Of a stretch of 64,000 bases of DNA, positions 1 to 8,756 are shown in pieces. The position numbers and the translations under genes were made by a program. Each line of letters starts with the position of its first letter. Position 1 is the first letter of the stretch. Source of the DNA: an uncultured delta proteobacterium. Its GTDB lineage: Bacteria; Myxococcota_A; Polyangia; Polyangiales; Polyangiaceae. Location: positions 2,272,001 to 2,336,000 of the forward strand of contig CAWDXG010000004.1 in NCBI GenBank assembly GCA_963806225.1, in the 5' to 3' direction. Below the pieces are notes generated by a model that saw nothing but the letters and a program-made list of their open reading frames with translations, was not told the origin of the DNA and did not search any database.

Positions 1-1231
1 TGAAGGCCGCGGGCGTGCCGTTCGGAACGTACACGTACACGTTCGGCAGAGGCCTCAGGCCAGCCGGGTCATTGACCGTGCCGCTGATCGAGGTGGTGCC
101 GCTGGAGCATGTGACCTGCTGGCACTGCAGGTTGACGCAGGTCGACGAGTTGCCGCACAGGTTGGGTCCGCCGCCGCCGCAGTACTGGCCGGACGGGCAG
201 CCTCCGCAGTCCGCCGTCAGGCCGCCGCAACCGTCCGACTGCTGGCCGCAGGTGCCCGACGGGAAGTCCGAACAGACCTTGGGCGTGCAGGCCGGCGCAC
301 CGCCGCAGACATTCGGCGTCCCGCCGCAGCCGCAGCACTGCGGCGCGGAGCAGGTGCCGCAGTTCGCCGTCAGACCGCCACAGCCGTCGCTCGCCACGCC
401 GCAGGTCGCCCCTACCTGCGCGCAGGTCTTCGGCGTGCAGGTCGGAGGTGCGCCGCCGCACACGTTGGGCGTGCCGCCGCCGCCGCACACGTTGGGTGCC
501 GTGCAGCTGCCACAATCCGCCGTCAGGCCGCCGCAGCCGTCCGACTGCTTGCCACAGGTGCCCGACGGGTAGTCCGCGCAGGTCTTCTTCGCGCAGACCG
601 GCGTGTTGTTGCCGCACACGTTCGGCTTGCCGCTGCCGCCGCAGATGTCGGGCGAGGTGCACGTGCCGCAATCCACCAGGCCGCCGCAGCCGTCCGCGAC
701 CGGCCCGCAGTCGTAGCCCATCTGGGCGCAGGTCTTCGGCGTGCAAGCCGGCTTGCCGCACTGGTTGGGCGTTCCGCCGCCACCGCAGGTCTCGGGCGCG
801 GTGCAGCTGCCGCAGTCGATCAGCCCGCCGCAGCCGTCGCCCTGCTGGCCGCAGGTTGCGCCCAGGTCGGCGCACGTAAGCTTCGTGCAGGGGCCGGTGC
901 CGCACTTGCTCGCGCCTCCGCCACCGCAGTAGTCGGGCGAGGTGCAATTCCCGCAATCGATTGTCGAACCGCAGCCGTCGGACTGGACGCCGCAGTCGAC
1001 GCCGAGGTCGGCGCACGTCTTCGGCGTACAGGTCGAACCGTCGAGGTTCACGCCACCGTCGGTGGGCGGCGTCGAGCTGTCGTTGCCGACACTGCCGTCT
1101 GTACCCGTACCGGAATCGCCCGCGTCGGGATTGGGCTGGTTGCCGTTGGCATTGTTCGAACCGCTGGCAGCGCAGCCCACGATCGCAAAGAGCGCTACCG
1201 CAAGTGCGGCAGCGCGAGCAAGACGAGACAT
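1..1231 (-). CDS. Cys-rich repeat lipoprotein with carboxypeptidase-regulatory-like domain, runs off the window start
   Basis: Not in the ORF track because its stop is outside the window. ATG at 1231 with GGAG upstream; MSRLARAAALAVALFAIVGC lipobox; six 8-Cys repeats (CTPKTC..C...DGCG....CG.C....CGGGG...CG), then TSISGTVNDPAGLRPLPNVYVYVP. Confidence 0.85.
   Translation of the reverse strand, partial: MSRLARAAALAVALFAIVGCAASGSNNANGNQPNPDAGDSGTGTDGSVGNDSSTPPTDGGVNLDGSTCTPKTCADLGVDCGVQSDGCGSTIDCGNCTSPDYCGGGGASKCGTGPCTKLTCADLGATCGQQGDGCGGLIDCGSCTAPETCGGGGTPNQCGKPACTPKTCAQMGYDCGPVADGCGGLVDCGTCTSPDICGGSGKPNVCGNNTPVCAKKTCADYPSGTCGKQSDGCGGLTADCGSCTAPNVCGGGGTPNVCGGAPPTCTPKTCAQVGATCGVASDGCGGLTANCGTCSAPQCCGCGGTPNVCGGAPACTPKVCSDFPSGTCGQQSDGCGGLTADCGGCPSGQYCGGGGPNLCGNSSTCVNLQCQQVTCSSGTTSISGTVNDPAGLRPLPNVYVYVPNGTPAAF
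150..1030 (-). repeat. Six degenerate ~50-aa Cys-rich coding repeats
   Basis: Recurring gccgcagccgtc-like motif (DGCG) on the + strand about every 150 bp. Confidence 0.8.
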
Positions 1232-1469
1232 ACGAGCATTCTCCCCGGGGCGACGCCCCCGTGCACCATTATCCGGTGCGGCAAGTCCGACCGCATGTAC
1301 GCGAATGTGGGTGGCTCTGCAAGACTCGGCGGGGCATTCACGTGAGAGCGGAATGGCGCGCGACGGCGCGCGGGAGGCGGGTCGAGCCAGTGCTCGCGGG
1401 CCCGGAAGACCCGGATTGCGGCGCAAGAAGCGGAGTGTCGGGTGTCGCACGCGGAGCTAGCCTGGTCTC

Positions 1470-2573
1470 GTGACGCAACGCAGTAGTGCAGCACGGGCGC
1501 GCGCCGCTCTCGTCGAGAAGGACGAACGCTGGACCGCCATACAACTCCGCGATCCGCGCGCCGCGTTCCTCTATTCGGTCGTGACGACAGGCGTGTACTG
1601 CCGCCCGGCGTGCAGTGCGCGGCGCCCGCGGCCCGAACACGTCGCGTTCCATGCGAGCGCGGCCGCCGCCCAGCGCGCTGGCTTCCGTGCCTGCAAGCGC
1701 TGCCGCCCCGATCAACCCCCGGCTGACGAGCGCCGGGCGGCGCAGATCGCAGAGCTGTGCCGCCTCATCGAACAGAGCGACGAACGGCTCTCGCTCCACG
1801 AGCTCGCCGGACACGCCGGGCTGAGCCCCTTCCACACCCACCGCCTGTTCAAGTCCGTCACCGGCGTCACTCCGCGCGCCTACGCCGAGGCGTGTCGCGC
1901 CGGGCGGCTGCGCCGCGCGCTCGGGAGCGAGCGCAACATCACCGACGCGATCTACTCGGCCGGCTTTGGCTCCTCGTCGCGGTTCTACGAGAAGGGTGAC
2001 GGGCTCCTCGGCATGACCGCGAGCCGCTACCGCTCCGGCGGCGCGGGTCTCGAGATCCGCTTTTCCAACGGACGCTGCTCGCTCGGTTCGATCCTGGTCG
2101 CCGCCACGGGGCGCGGCGTGTGCGCCATACTGCTCGGCGACGACCCGGCAGAGCTCGCCGGCGATCTCGAGCGGCACTTCCCCCGCGCCCGACTCGTGCG
2201 CGGCGGCATCGGGTTCAACAAGCTCGTCGCCGAGGTCGTCACGAGCATCGAGGATCCGGCGCGCGGCAGCGCGCTGCCGCTCGACATTCAAGGCACCGCC
2301 TTCCAGCAGCGCGTCTGGAAAGCGTTATCGGAAATCCCCGCCGGCACCACCCGGAGCTACGCCGAGGTCGCGCGCTCGCTGGGCTCGCCGCGCGCAGCCC
2401 GCGCGGTAGCCCGGGCCTGCGCCCGGAATCCGATCGCTGTTGTCATCCCCTGCCACCGCGTCGTCGCTAGCGACGGCAAGCTGACAGGCTATCGCTGGGG
2501 CCTCGAGCGCAAGCGCGCGCTGCTCGAGCGCGAAGCGAAAGTGCGACTACCGAAAAGTGGAAAGCGGCGCTAG
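1470..2573 (+). CDS. ada: Bifunctional transcriptional activator / O6-methylguanine-DNA methyltransferase Ada
   Basis: Zn motif TTGVYCRPAC...RACKRC, AraC-type HTH, active-site IPCHRV. Confidence 0.95.
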   Translation: MTQRSSAARARAALVEKDERWTAIQLRDPRAAFLYSVVTTGVYCRPACSARRPRPEHVAFHASAAAAQRAGFRACKRCRPDQPPADERRAAQIAELCRLIEQSDERLSLHELAGHAGLSPFHTHRLFKSVTGVTPRAYAEACRAGRLRRALGSERNITDAIYSAGFGSSSRFYEKGDGLLGMTASRYRSGGAGLEIRFSNGRCSLGSILVAATGRGVCAILLGDDPAELAGDLERHFPRARLVRGGIGFNKLVAEVVTSIEDPARGSALPLDIQGTAFQQRVWKALSEIPAGTTRSYAEVARSLGSPRAARAVARACARNPIAVVIPCHRVVASDGKLTGYRWGLERKRALLEREAKVRLPKSGKRR

Positions 2574-2623
2574 CTCACAACCCCGAGCGAGACGAATCCG
2601 GCGCGCGGCGGGGCGGTTCCGCT

Positions 2624-3079
2624 CTACACCTTGAGTCGCGTGCCCGAGCTCACGTCCGTACCGCCGTGGATGGTCAGGTTGCCAGCGGAGTCGGCGGAAA
2701 CCGCGAAGTGCTGGAGCGAGCTGTGGGCGGGGCCGCTCTGGACGTTGCCGTCGGCGTCGAAGCGGCTGCCGTGGCAGGTGCACAGGACGCCGCTCGACGA
2801 GACATTGCCGTTGATGGCCATGTTGCAGCCCATGTGCGTGCAGGTCAGCGTCATCGCATAGACCCCGTTCTTGTCGCGGCCGATGCACACCGGCGACGAG
2901 CCGAGCGCGTGCAGGCTTCCGACGGGGAGGTCGGCGACGTTGCCGGCCGGCACATCGCCGACCTGGGCCGGCGCGGTGCCCCCGGGGCCGCCGCAGTTGG
3001 CGAGAACCGGCAGGGTGGCACCGGCTGCAAGCACTTTAAGGAAGTGACGGCGTGTTGCGCCGCCTGCCTTTCTACTCAT
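2624..3079 (-). CDS. Tat-exported Rieske [2Fe-2S] protein
   Basis: TRRHFLK twin-arginine motif; CTHMGC and CTCHGSRF Rieske boxes. Confidence 0.9.
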   Translation of the reverse strand: MSRKAGGATRRHFLKVLAAGATLPVLANCGGPGGTAPAQVGDVPAGNVADLPVGSLHALGSSPVCIGRDKNGVYAMTLTCTHMGCNMAINGNVSSSGVLCTCHGSRFDADGNVQSGPAHSSLQHFAVSADSAGNLTIHGGTDVSSGTRLKV

Positions 3080-3173
3080 GCAGGATCCTTGTTGCGGTTG
3101 TCTCGAGCATCGTTCGATTTCCGCCCGCCGGCGTGCCCGCCTTCAAAAAAAGAATCCGGAGCCCAGCCGCTGG

Positions 3174-4073
3174 CTACCGACCCAGCATCGCCTCGGCCTC
3201 CTCCTGGCGCAGCGCGCCTGGGTAGTTGGCGAGATATTCACGGGCGAGTGCCTTGGCGCCCTCGGTGTCGCCACGACGCTGGCGGGCGACGGCGCGCAGG
3301 AACGCGGCATCCTCGGCGCGCGAGTCGCCGGGATAGTGCTGCACGAAGTCGGCGAACAGATGCTCGGCACGACCGAAGTCGCCGGAGTTGAAGGCACTCA
3401 TCGCACCGGCGAAGTCCTTGCCGGCCGGCGGCGGGCGCGGCAACTGCACCGACGCTGCGTCCGGGATCCGGGCTACCGCCTCGTGCCGCAGCGCCGATGC
3501 GTGCCGTGACGGAGCGTGCCGCACGTGCAGCGCGCTGTTTTGCATGGGATGGGCGCCCGGCTCCGGAACCCGGGCGACGACGGCGGGCGGCGCAGCCGAA
3601 GTCACCGGCTGCGTAGGCGCGGCGGAGGGCTCCCTGGCCGCCGCCGCGCGTGCCGGCCGGCCGACGGCCCGAGGAGCGACGGGCGCTGGCACATGCAGCG
3701 CCGTGTGCGCGGGCGGAACTGGCGGCGCCGGAGGACGCAGCAGGTAGGCACCGCCGGCGGCCATCGCAGTCGTGGCGGCGAGCACCACGGCTGCACCGAG
3801 CGCCCTGCGCGACACGCGCGGCGGCGGTTCGAGCGTCAACTCGTTGGCCTTCCGGAGCAGGGACTGGCGCTGTCGCCGGTGTTCGAGTGGGGACGTTTCG
3901 AGCTGGGGAAGCTCCAACGAAAGCTCGCGCAGCTCGCGCAGGCGTTCAAGCTCCACTTTGCAGACGCGACAGGTCGCGGCGTGACGCCGGAACGAGGCGA
4001 GCTCGCTACCGCCGAGCCGTCCGTCCTCGGTGGCTTCAACCTGCCAGAGCCTGGAGCACGCCGGCTGCTTCAT
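3174..4073 (-). CDS. Anti-sigma factor-like protein (zf-HC2-like N-terminus, TM helix, Pro-rich linker, C-terminal TPR-like helices)
   Basis: HAATCRVC motif, central hydrophobic helix, YPG-containing TPR-like tail; coupled to the ECF sigma gene. Confidence 0.75.
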   Translation of the reverse strand: MKQPACSRLWQVEATEDGRLGGSELASFRRHAATCRVCKVELERLRELRELSLELPQLETSPLEHRRQRQSLLRKANELTLEPPPRVSRRALGAAVVLAATTAMAAGGAYLLRPPAPPVPPAHTALHVPAPVAPRAVGRPARAAAAREPSAAPTQPVTSAAPPAVVARVPEPGAHPMQNSALHVRHAPSRHASALRHEAVARIPDAASVQLPRPPPAGKDFAGAMSAFNSGDFGRAEHLFADFVQHYPGDSRAEDAAFLRAVARQRRGDTEGAKALAREYLANYPGALRQEEAEAMLGR

Positions 4074-4645
4074 CCTGTCCCCCCTTCAAGTGCCGAGCGC
4101 AGCTCGCGCCGCGCATGGTGCAGCCGCGTCCACACGGTGTTGACCGGAATCCCGAGCGCGCGTGCGGCCTCCTCGCCGCTGAAGCCCTCGACGACAACCA
4201 GCGTGAAGACCTCGCGTTTCTTTGTGGAAAGCTCATTGAAAGCCAGCTCGAAGCGCCGGCCCGTCTCGTTCGACTCGAAACTCTCCGCCGGGGTCTCGGG
4301 CGCCTCGTCGCGCGCCTGGCTCGCCCATTTTGCCAGGCGCGCGAGGGTCCGCGATACGGAGCGGCGGTGACGGCGCACCATCATGGTCGCAATGCCGAAG
4401 AGCCAGCTCCGCGTAGCGCGTTCGGGGTCGAAGCGCTTGGCGGCGCGCACCACCTCCAGGAACGTGGCCTGCACCAGATCGTCAACGTCCTCGCGAGAAA
4501 TGCCGAGCCGACCGAGGTAGCGCCGCACATCCAGCTGGTAGCGATCGAAGATCGTGCCGAGGGCTTCCAGGTCGCCCGCGGCCACCGCTTCCAGCAACTC
4601 GGCGTCGCTGACTGCAAGGGAGGCGAGACGCGGCGCCGCACTCAT
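4070..4645 (-). CDS. ECF RNA polymerase sigma factor
   Basis: DDLVQATFLEV, SWLFGIA, and EEAARALGIPVNTVWTRLHHAR (region 4); start reassigned to ATG 4645. Confidence 0.92.
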   Translation of the reverse strand: MSAAPRLASLAVSDAELLEAVAAGDLEALGTIFDRYQLDVRRYLGRLGISREDVDDLVQATFLEVVRAAKRFDPERATRSWLFGIATMMVRRHRRSVSRTLARLAKWASQARDEAPETPAESFESNETGRRFELAFNELSTKKREVFTLVVVEGFSGEEAARALGIPVNTVWTRLHHARRELRSALEGGTG

Positions 4646-5592
4646 GGCCTTCCGAGCTCCAATCCGACGGTGAACGTAGTGGCCCACCACGGCATCAGGG
4701 GCTCCCCGGCGGTGTTCTCCGGTGTCCGCCCAACGTGGTTCGGCACGATCTCGCCCACGAGCCGCGCGCGCAGGTGCGTGAAACCCCGGCGCGGAACCAC
4801 GGCGCCGACGTAGGCACCGACCCGCCCCTCGGCGACACCTTGAGTCGGGTTGTGCTCGGCGGTCTCCTCGTCGAGCGCGGCCATGCCGAGGCTGGCTCCG
4901 CCGAGTAGGGACAGCGCGCTGCCGAGCGGTTCGCGGCGGCCGACCGCGATGCCGGCAGCGAGTCCCGAAGCGCGCTTCCCCGCTGCCACCTCGTCCCCCA
5001 GCTCGTGGTAGCCGCTTTCCCACTGACCGAGGACGCCGATCTCCCAGTGCTCGAGCGACAGGGAGCCGAACGCGTCGAACACGGGGCTCACCAGAGCATG
5101 AGTGCCGAGGCGCGCGCCGACGGAAGCGCCGAAGTGCACCGCCGAGTGTTCTTCCGGCGGAGACGCCGCCGGCTTGTGCGGCTCGGGGGTGCGATCGCCG
5201 GCCACCAGCGGGGCCGCGGGCGCTGCCGGTGCGACCGCGGGGGATTCGGGCGAGTGGGGTGCTTCGACGTGACCCGTCACGCGCAGAGCTTCAAGCGTGG
5301 GCCCGAGCTCGTCCGGGCCCGCGAGCTTTCGTACAGCGCGCCGGCCGTCGCGGGTGGTGAAAACAAGGCGCGCCCCGCTTTCGCGGACCTCCACCACGAC
5401 AGTCGCGCAGTCGCCCACTGCCGGATGCTCGGCGAGCTGGGTGGATGCGTCCCGCGCCGCCTGATCCCAGACGGGATGGCCAGGCGGCACGACCCGCACG
5501 TCGCATCGTGCGCTGGCGGCGTGTGCCGTCGCCGCCGACAGCCCGGCAGCGAGCAGCGCAGCAAGAGCGGCGGGATGGGCGGGCTGGCGCAT
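4642..5592 (-). CDS. Secreted hypothetical protein with C-terminal beta-strand-rich region, first gene of the ECF operon
   Basis: Signal peptide ending ATAHA; 4-bp overlap with the sigma start; alternating beta-strand pattern ending TFTVGLELGRP. Confidence 0.7.
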   Translation of the reverse strand: MRQPAHPAALAALLAAGLSAATAHAASARCDVRVVPPGHPVWDQAARDASTQLAEHPAVGDCATVVVEVRESGARLVFTTRDGRRAVRKLAGPDELGPTLEALRVTGHVEAPHSPESPAVAPAAPAAPLVAGDRTPEPHKPAASPPEEHSAVHFGASVGARLGTHALVSPVFDAFGSLSLEHWEIGVLGQWESGYHELGDEVAAGKRASGLAAGIAVGRREPLGSALSLLGGASLGMAALDEETAEHNPTQGVAEGRVGAYVGAVVPRRGFTHLRARLVGEIVPNHVGRTPENTAGEPLMPWWATTFTVGLELGRP

Positions 5593-5829
5593 GCGGTGGG
5601 ACACGGGCTCTACGGCTATCCGCTGCCCGGAGGCCGGATCTTCAAGAAAAACACGGTGCCGATTCAAGCTGAAGGTTGTCCGGCCCGGCGGTGGATACGC
5701 ACAGGGCCCTGGCTCGTAGAGCTAGCCCTACGCCCCCCTTTGCGCAAACGCAGGCGTGCCTACCGGCCGGAACGCGCCCGTCCCCATCCCACGATTTTCA
5801 TTGTTCTTTCTGCTGCTGGAGGCCCCAGA

Positions 5830-6384
5830 ATGCGTTCCCTCGCCCGATCGACGTTGCCCACCGCCACCGTCGCGCTCGGCTTGACCACCGCGGTCGTCGC
5901 CGGAGCCGCCCTGATGAAGACCGGCAGCTCCAGGGTGGAGTTCCGGGCGAAGGGCCCCGTGGGAATGACGATCATCGGCAAGACCTCCGACCTGGAGATC
6001 GCCGACGACGAGAAAACCCTGGTGGTGAAGGTGCCGCTCCAGCACCTGAAGACCGGCATCGGCCTGCGCGACCGTCACATGAAGGAAAAGTACCTCCAGG
6101 TAGACCGCTACCCGGACGCGCGGCTCTCGGTCACTCACTCGGCGCTCCGGTTTCCGGCCAAGGGCGCAACGCTGAAGGGCAACGCCATCGGCCGGCTCAC
6201 CCTCCATGGCGTCGGGCGCAACGTCCACTTCCGCTACAAGGCCAGGAACACAGGGAGCGTCTACCGCGTCGAGGGTCTCCTGCACGTCAACATGCACGAC
6301 TACGGCATCCATGTGCCGAGCTATCTCGGCGTCACGGTGAAGCCCGACGTGGACGTGAAGGTCGAGTTCCAGCTCAAGCAGTAG
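5830..6384 (+). CDS. YceI family lipid/polyisoprenoid-binding protein
   Basis: Signal peptide; LKTGIGLRDRHM, GRLTLHGV and DYGI motifs. Confidence 0.88.
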   Translation: MRSLARSTLPTATVALGLTTAVVAGAALMKTGSSRVEFRAKGPVGMTIIGKTSDLEIADDEKTLVVKVPLQHLKTGIGLRDRHMKEKYLQVDRYPDARLSVTHSALRFPAKGATLKGNAIGRLTLHGVGRNVHFRYKARNTGSVYRVEGLLHVNMHDYGIHVPSYLGVTVKPDVDVKVEFQLKQ

Positions 6385-6415
6385 CGCCACGCGTACCGCG
6401 GAGCGGCGGCGGGCG

Positions 6416-7300
6416 TCACGGCGACTGTACGTGGCCCTCCGCCGCGTCGTCGTAGAAGCGGCGGGTCGGATAGGCGAATGCGATGCGGGGCTCGGCGGCG
6501 AAGGCGTCGAGCACGTCGTGCCAGATGGCGCGCTCGGAGGCCCGGCGCTCTCGCGGATCGCACAGGTAGCGCATCGACAGTCGTACGCTTTCGCGGGTCA
6601 CGCTCAGCCACACGTTGGGCTCGAGGTCACGGAAGAAGCGCAGGTAGTTGGCGTCGCTCGCGTCGGGATGGCGCAATGCTTCGTCTTTGGGGTCGGTGGC
6701 GTGACGCTTGAGGATGCCGAGCAGGATCTCCTCGGCGCGCTTCCAGTCGCTCTCGTAGGTGATGTGCACCTCGAGCTCGTGCCAGATATGACGGAACGCC
6801 TGCATGTAGTTCGCGACCGGTTGGCTGAAGACGACGCTGTTCGGCACGTGCACGGCTCGCCCGGTGGCCTGGTCGCCCTCGATCCAGTTCCCGATTTCGA
6901 GCACCGTGAACATCATCAGCCGGATGTCGACGACGTCGCCCGCCAGCGTGCCGACCTGGATGCGGTCGCCGACGCGCAGCGGCTGCCGCACCAGGATGAA
7001 CAACCATCCGGCGACGTTCGCCACCGGCTCCTTGAGCGCCAGCACCAGGCCGGCCGCCGTGAGCCCGAGCAGCGTCCCGATGTTGATCGAGCGGATCCAT
7101 ATCTTGGCGATCGCCGCCAGCGTGATGATCGCCAGGATGTAGTCGATGGTCTTGACCAGAAAGCCGCGCGAGGCGTGGTCGTTCACGCGTCGCGCCACGA
7201 GCCGCACCAGCACACCGAGCGCCACCGCCACCGCGATGGCAGCCAGCGTGGCCGCGACGTCCGTTCCCATCGCACCCCGCAGCCACTCGAGCCAGGTCAT
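6416..7300 (-). CDS. mscS: Small-conductance mechanosensitive channel (MscS family)
   Basis: Three TM helices; PLRVGDRIQVG..GDVVDI and VPNS motifs. Confidence 0.9.
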   Translation of the reverse strand: MTWLEWLRGAMGTDVAATLAAIAVAVALGVLVRLVARRVNDHASRGFLVKTIDYILAIITLAAIAKIWIRSINIGTLLGLTAAGLVLALKEPVANVAGWLFILVRQPLRVGDRIQVGTLAGDVVDIRLMMFTVLEIGNWIEGDQATGRAVHVPNSVVFSQPVANYMQAFRHIWHELEVHITYESDWKRAEEILLGILKRHATDPKDEALRHPDASDANYLRFFRDLEPNVWLSVTRESVRLSMRYLCDPRERRASERAIWHDVLDAFAAEPRIAFAYPTRRFYDDAAEGHVQSP

Positions 7301-7409
7301 GCTCCCCACGGACCAATCTGGGGATTGGACGCCGCGCGTGCAACTCGCGCCGAGGAAACGCGTTGCCATTCGCGCAGAACGGCGTCGCAGACCCGCTCAG
7401 GGACGCAGC

Positions 7410-7776
7410 TCTTGCGGGGTCTTCACCAGGGATCGATGGGTTGGAACGGCGCAACTTCACGCTCGTGGGCCCGTTCATCGACTGGTACTTCAACGAGCAC
7501 CGCGGCCTGCATGTCCAGCTCGCGCTCGGCTTCGCCACGCTCAGCGCCGTCCGCGTCGGGTCCGTCCCGTGGCAGGAGGACGACCCGTACAACGCGGCCG
7601 GGGGCGCCATCATGCTCGGCCTCGGCTACGAGTGGTGGGTTGGAGAGGATTGGAGCATCGGCGCGCTGGCACGCCTCACCGCCGCCTATCTCGTCGGCAA
7701 GGACGACGCCGGCGTCCGCTGGTATCACGGCCTGGGAATGGGCCCGTCACCGATGTTCACGATCACGTATCACTAG
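7410..7776 (+). pseudogene. C-terminal fragment of an outer-membrane beta-barrel protein
   Basis: VGPFIDWY..GLHVQLALG..LGLGYEWWV..WSIGALAR..FTITYH beta-strand pattern with aromatic C-terminus; no signal peptide or good start. Confidence 0.5.
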
Positions 7777-8689
7777 AGCTCTTGTCGATCCGGACATCGA
7801 GCGGCGCGACGCCCACGATCTCGTAGGTTGCCGACGCCATGCCCACCTTGGCGCGGTTTGCGTCGAAGTCGTCCAGGATTCGCATGAAAAGCTGATCCTT
7901 GACGCTGCGGCGCTTCGTGTACGGGATGACGTAGCGCAGCGTGAATTCGATCCAGTTGTCGTTCGCCACCAGGGTGACCATCGGATCGACCTGCGCGTGC
8001 TCGAGCTTGTAGCGGCCGGTGATACGGGTCCAGGTTTCCCTTGCCGGCTCGACGAAACTTCCGCAGACGTCCGCTACGGCGCGTTCGAGCAACTCGCGCG
8101 CAAGCTTGTGATCGCTGCCGTACTTGACCGGGATGCGCACCTCTTCCCACAGGAAGTTGAAGTCTGCGGAGTAGTTGTACACGGGGGCCTTGAACACGAA
8201 GCTATTCGCCACGCGCACGATGCGTCCGTTGTACAGATCGCCGTGCACCCAGTCCCCCGTCTCCATCAGCGTGCTGCGCAGGACGCCGATATCGACCACA
8301 TCGCCCTTGATGCCGCCGAGCTGAACGCGGTCCCCCACCTCGAAGAAGCGTCCGAACAGGATCGCGATGCGACCGGCAATGCTCGCGATCACCTCCTGCA
8401 GGGCAAACGCCACGCCGGCGCCCACCACCCCGAGCGAGAGCGCCACGCCGCCAAGGCGATCACTGAAGATCGCCAGTAGCACCAGCGCCATGAGCACCCA
8501 ACCGATTCGACCGATGGTCTTCTCGGCGCGATAGCGTAGCGCCGGCTCCTGGATGCGGTCGCGGATCAAGCGCCGGAAACCGCGCATCGCCAGCACCGCG
8601 AGCAGCAGCACGACCAGCGCGGTCAGCCCGCGCGCCGCCAGCGGGCCCCACAGACCGTGCAGCGCCTTCATCCAACGTTCGGTGGACAC
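7763..8689 (-). CDS. mscS: Small-conductance mechanosensitive channel (MscS family), second copy
   Basis: GVAFALQE, FEVGDRVQLGGIKGDVVDIG and VANSFVF motifs. Confidence 0.92.
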   Translation of the reverse strand: MSTERWMKALHGLWGPLAARGLTALVVLLLAVLAMRGFRRLIRDRIQEPALRYRAEKTIGRIGWVLMALVLLAIFSDRLGGVALSLGVVGAGVAFALQEVIASIAGRIAILFGRFFEVGDRVQLGGIKGDVVDIGVLRSTLMETGDWVHGDLYNGRIVRVANSFVFKAPVYNYSADFNFLWEEVRIPVKYGSDHKLARELLERAVADVCGSFVEPARETWTRITGRYKLEHAQVDPMVTLVANDNWIEFTLRYVIPYTKRRSVKDQLFMRILDDFDANRAKVGMASATYEIVGVAPLDVRIDKSSSDT

Positions 8690-8756
8690 GACGGCAGCCT
8701 AGCGCGCTCTCCGTCGGCGGAGTGGTACATTCCGCGTCCTATCTGGAGGTCGACCC

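Noticed and set aside
6431..8479. Long antisense or alternate-frame ORFs (e.g. 6431..8479 +, 8739..10766 -, 10085..12418 +, 23488..25416 -, 38105..39904 +, 53755..55734 +)
   Set aside because: They are shadows of real genes caused by high GC3, are Arg/Pro/Ala-rich, and carry no motifs
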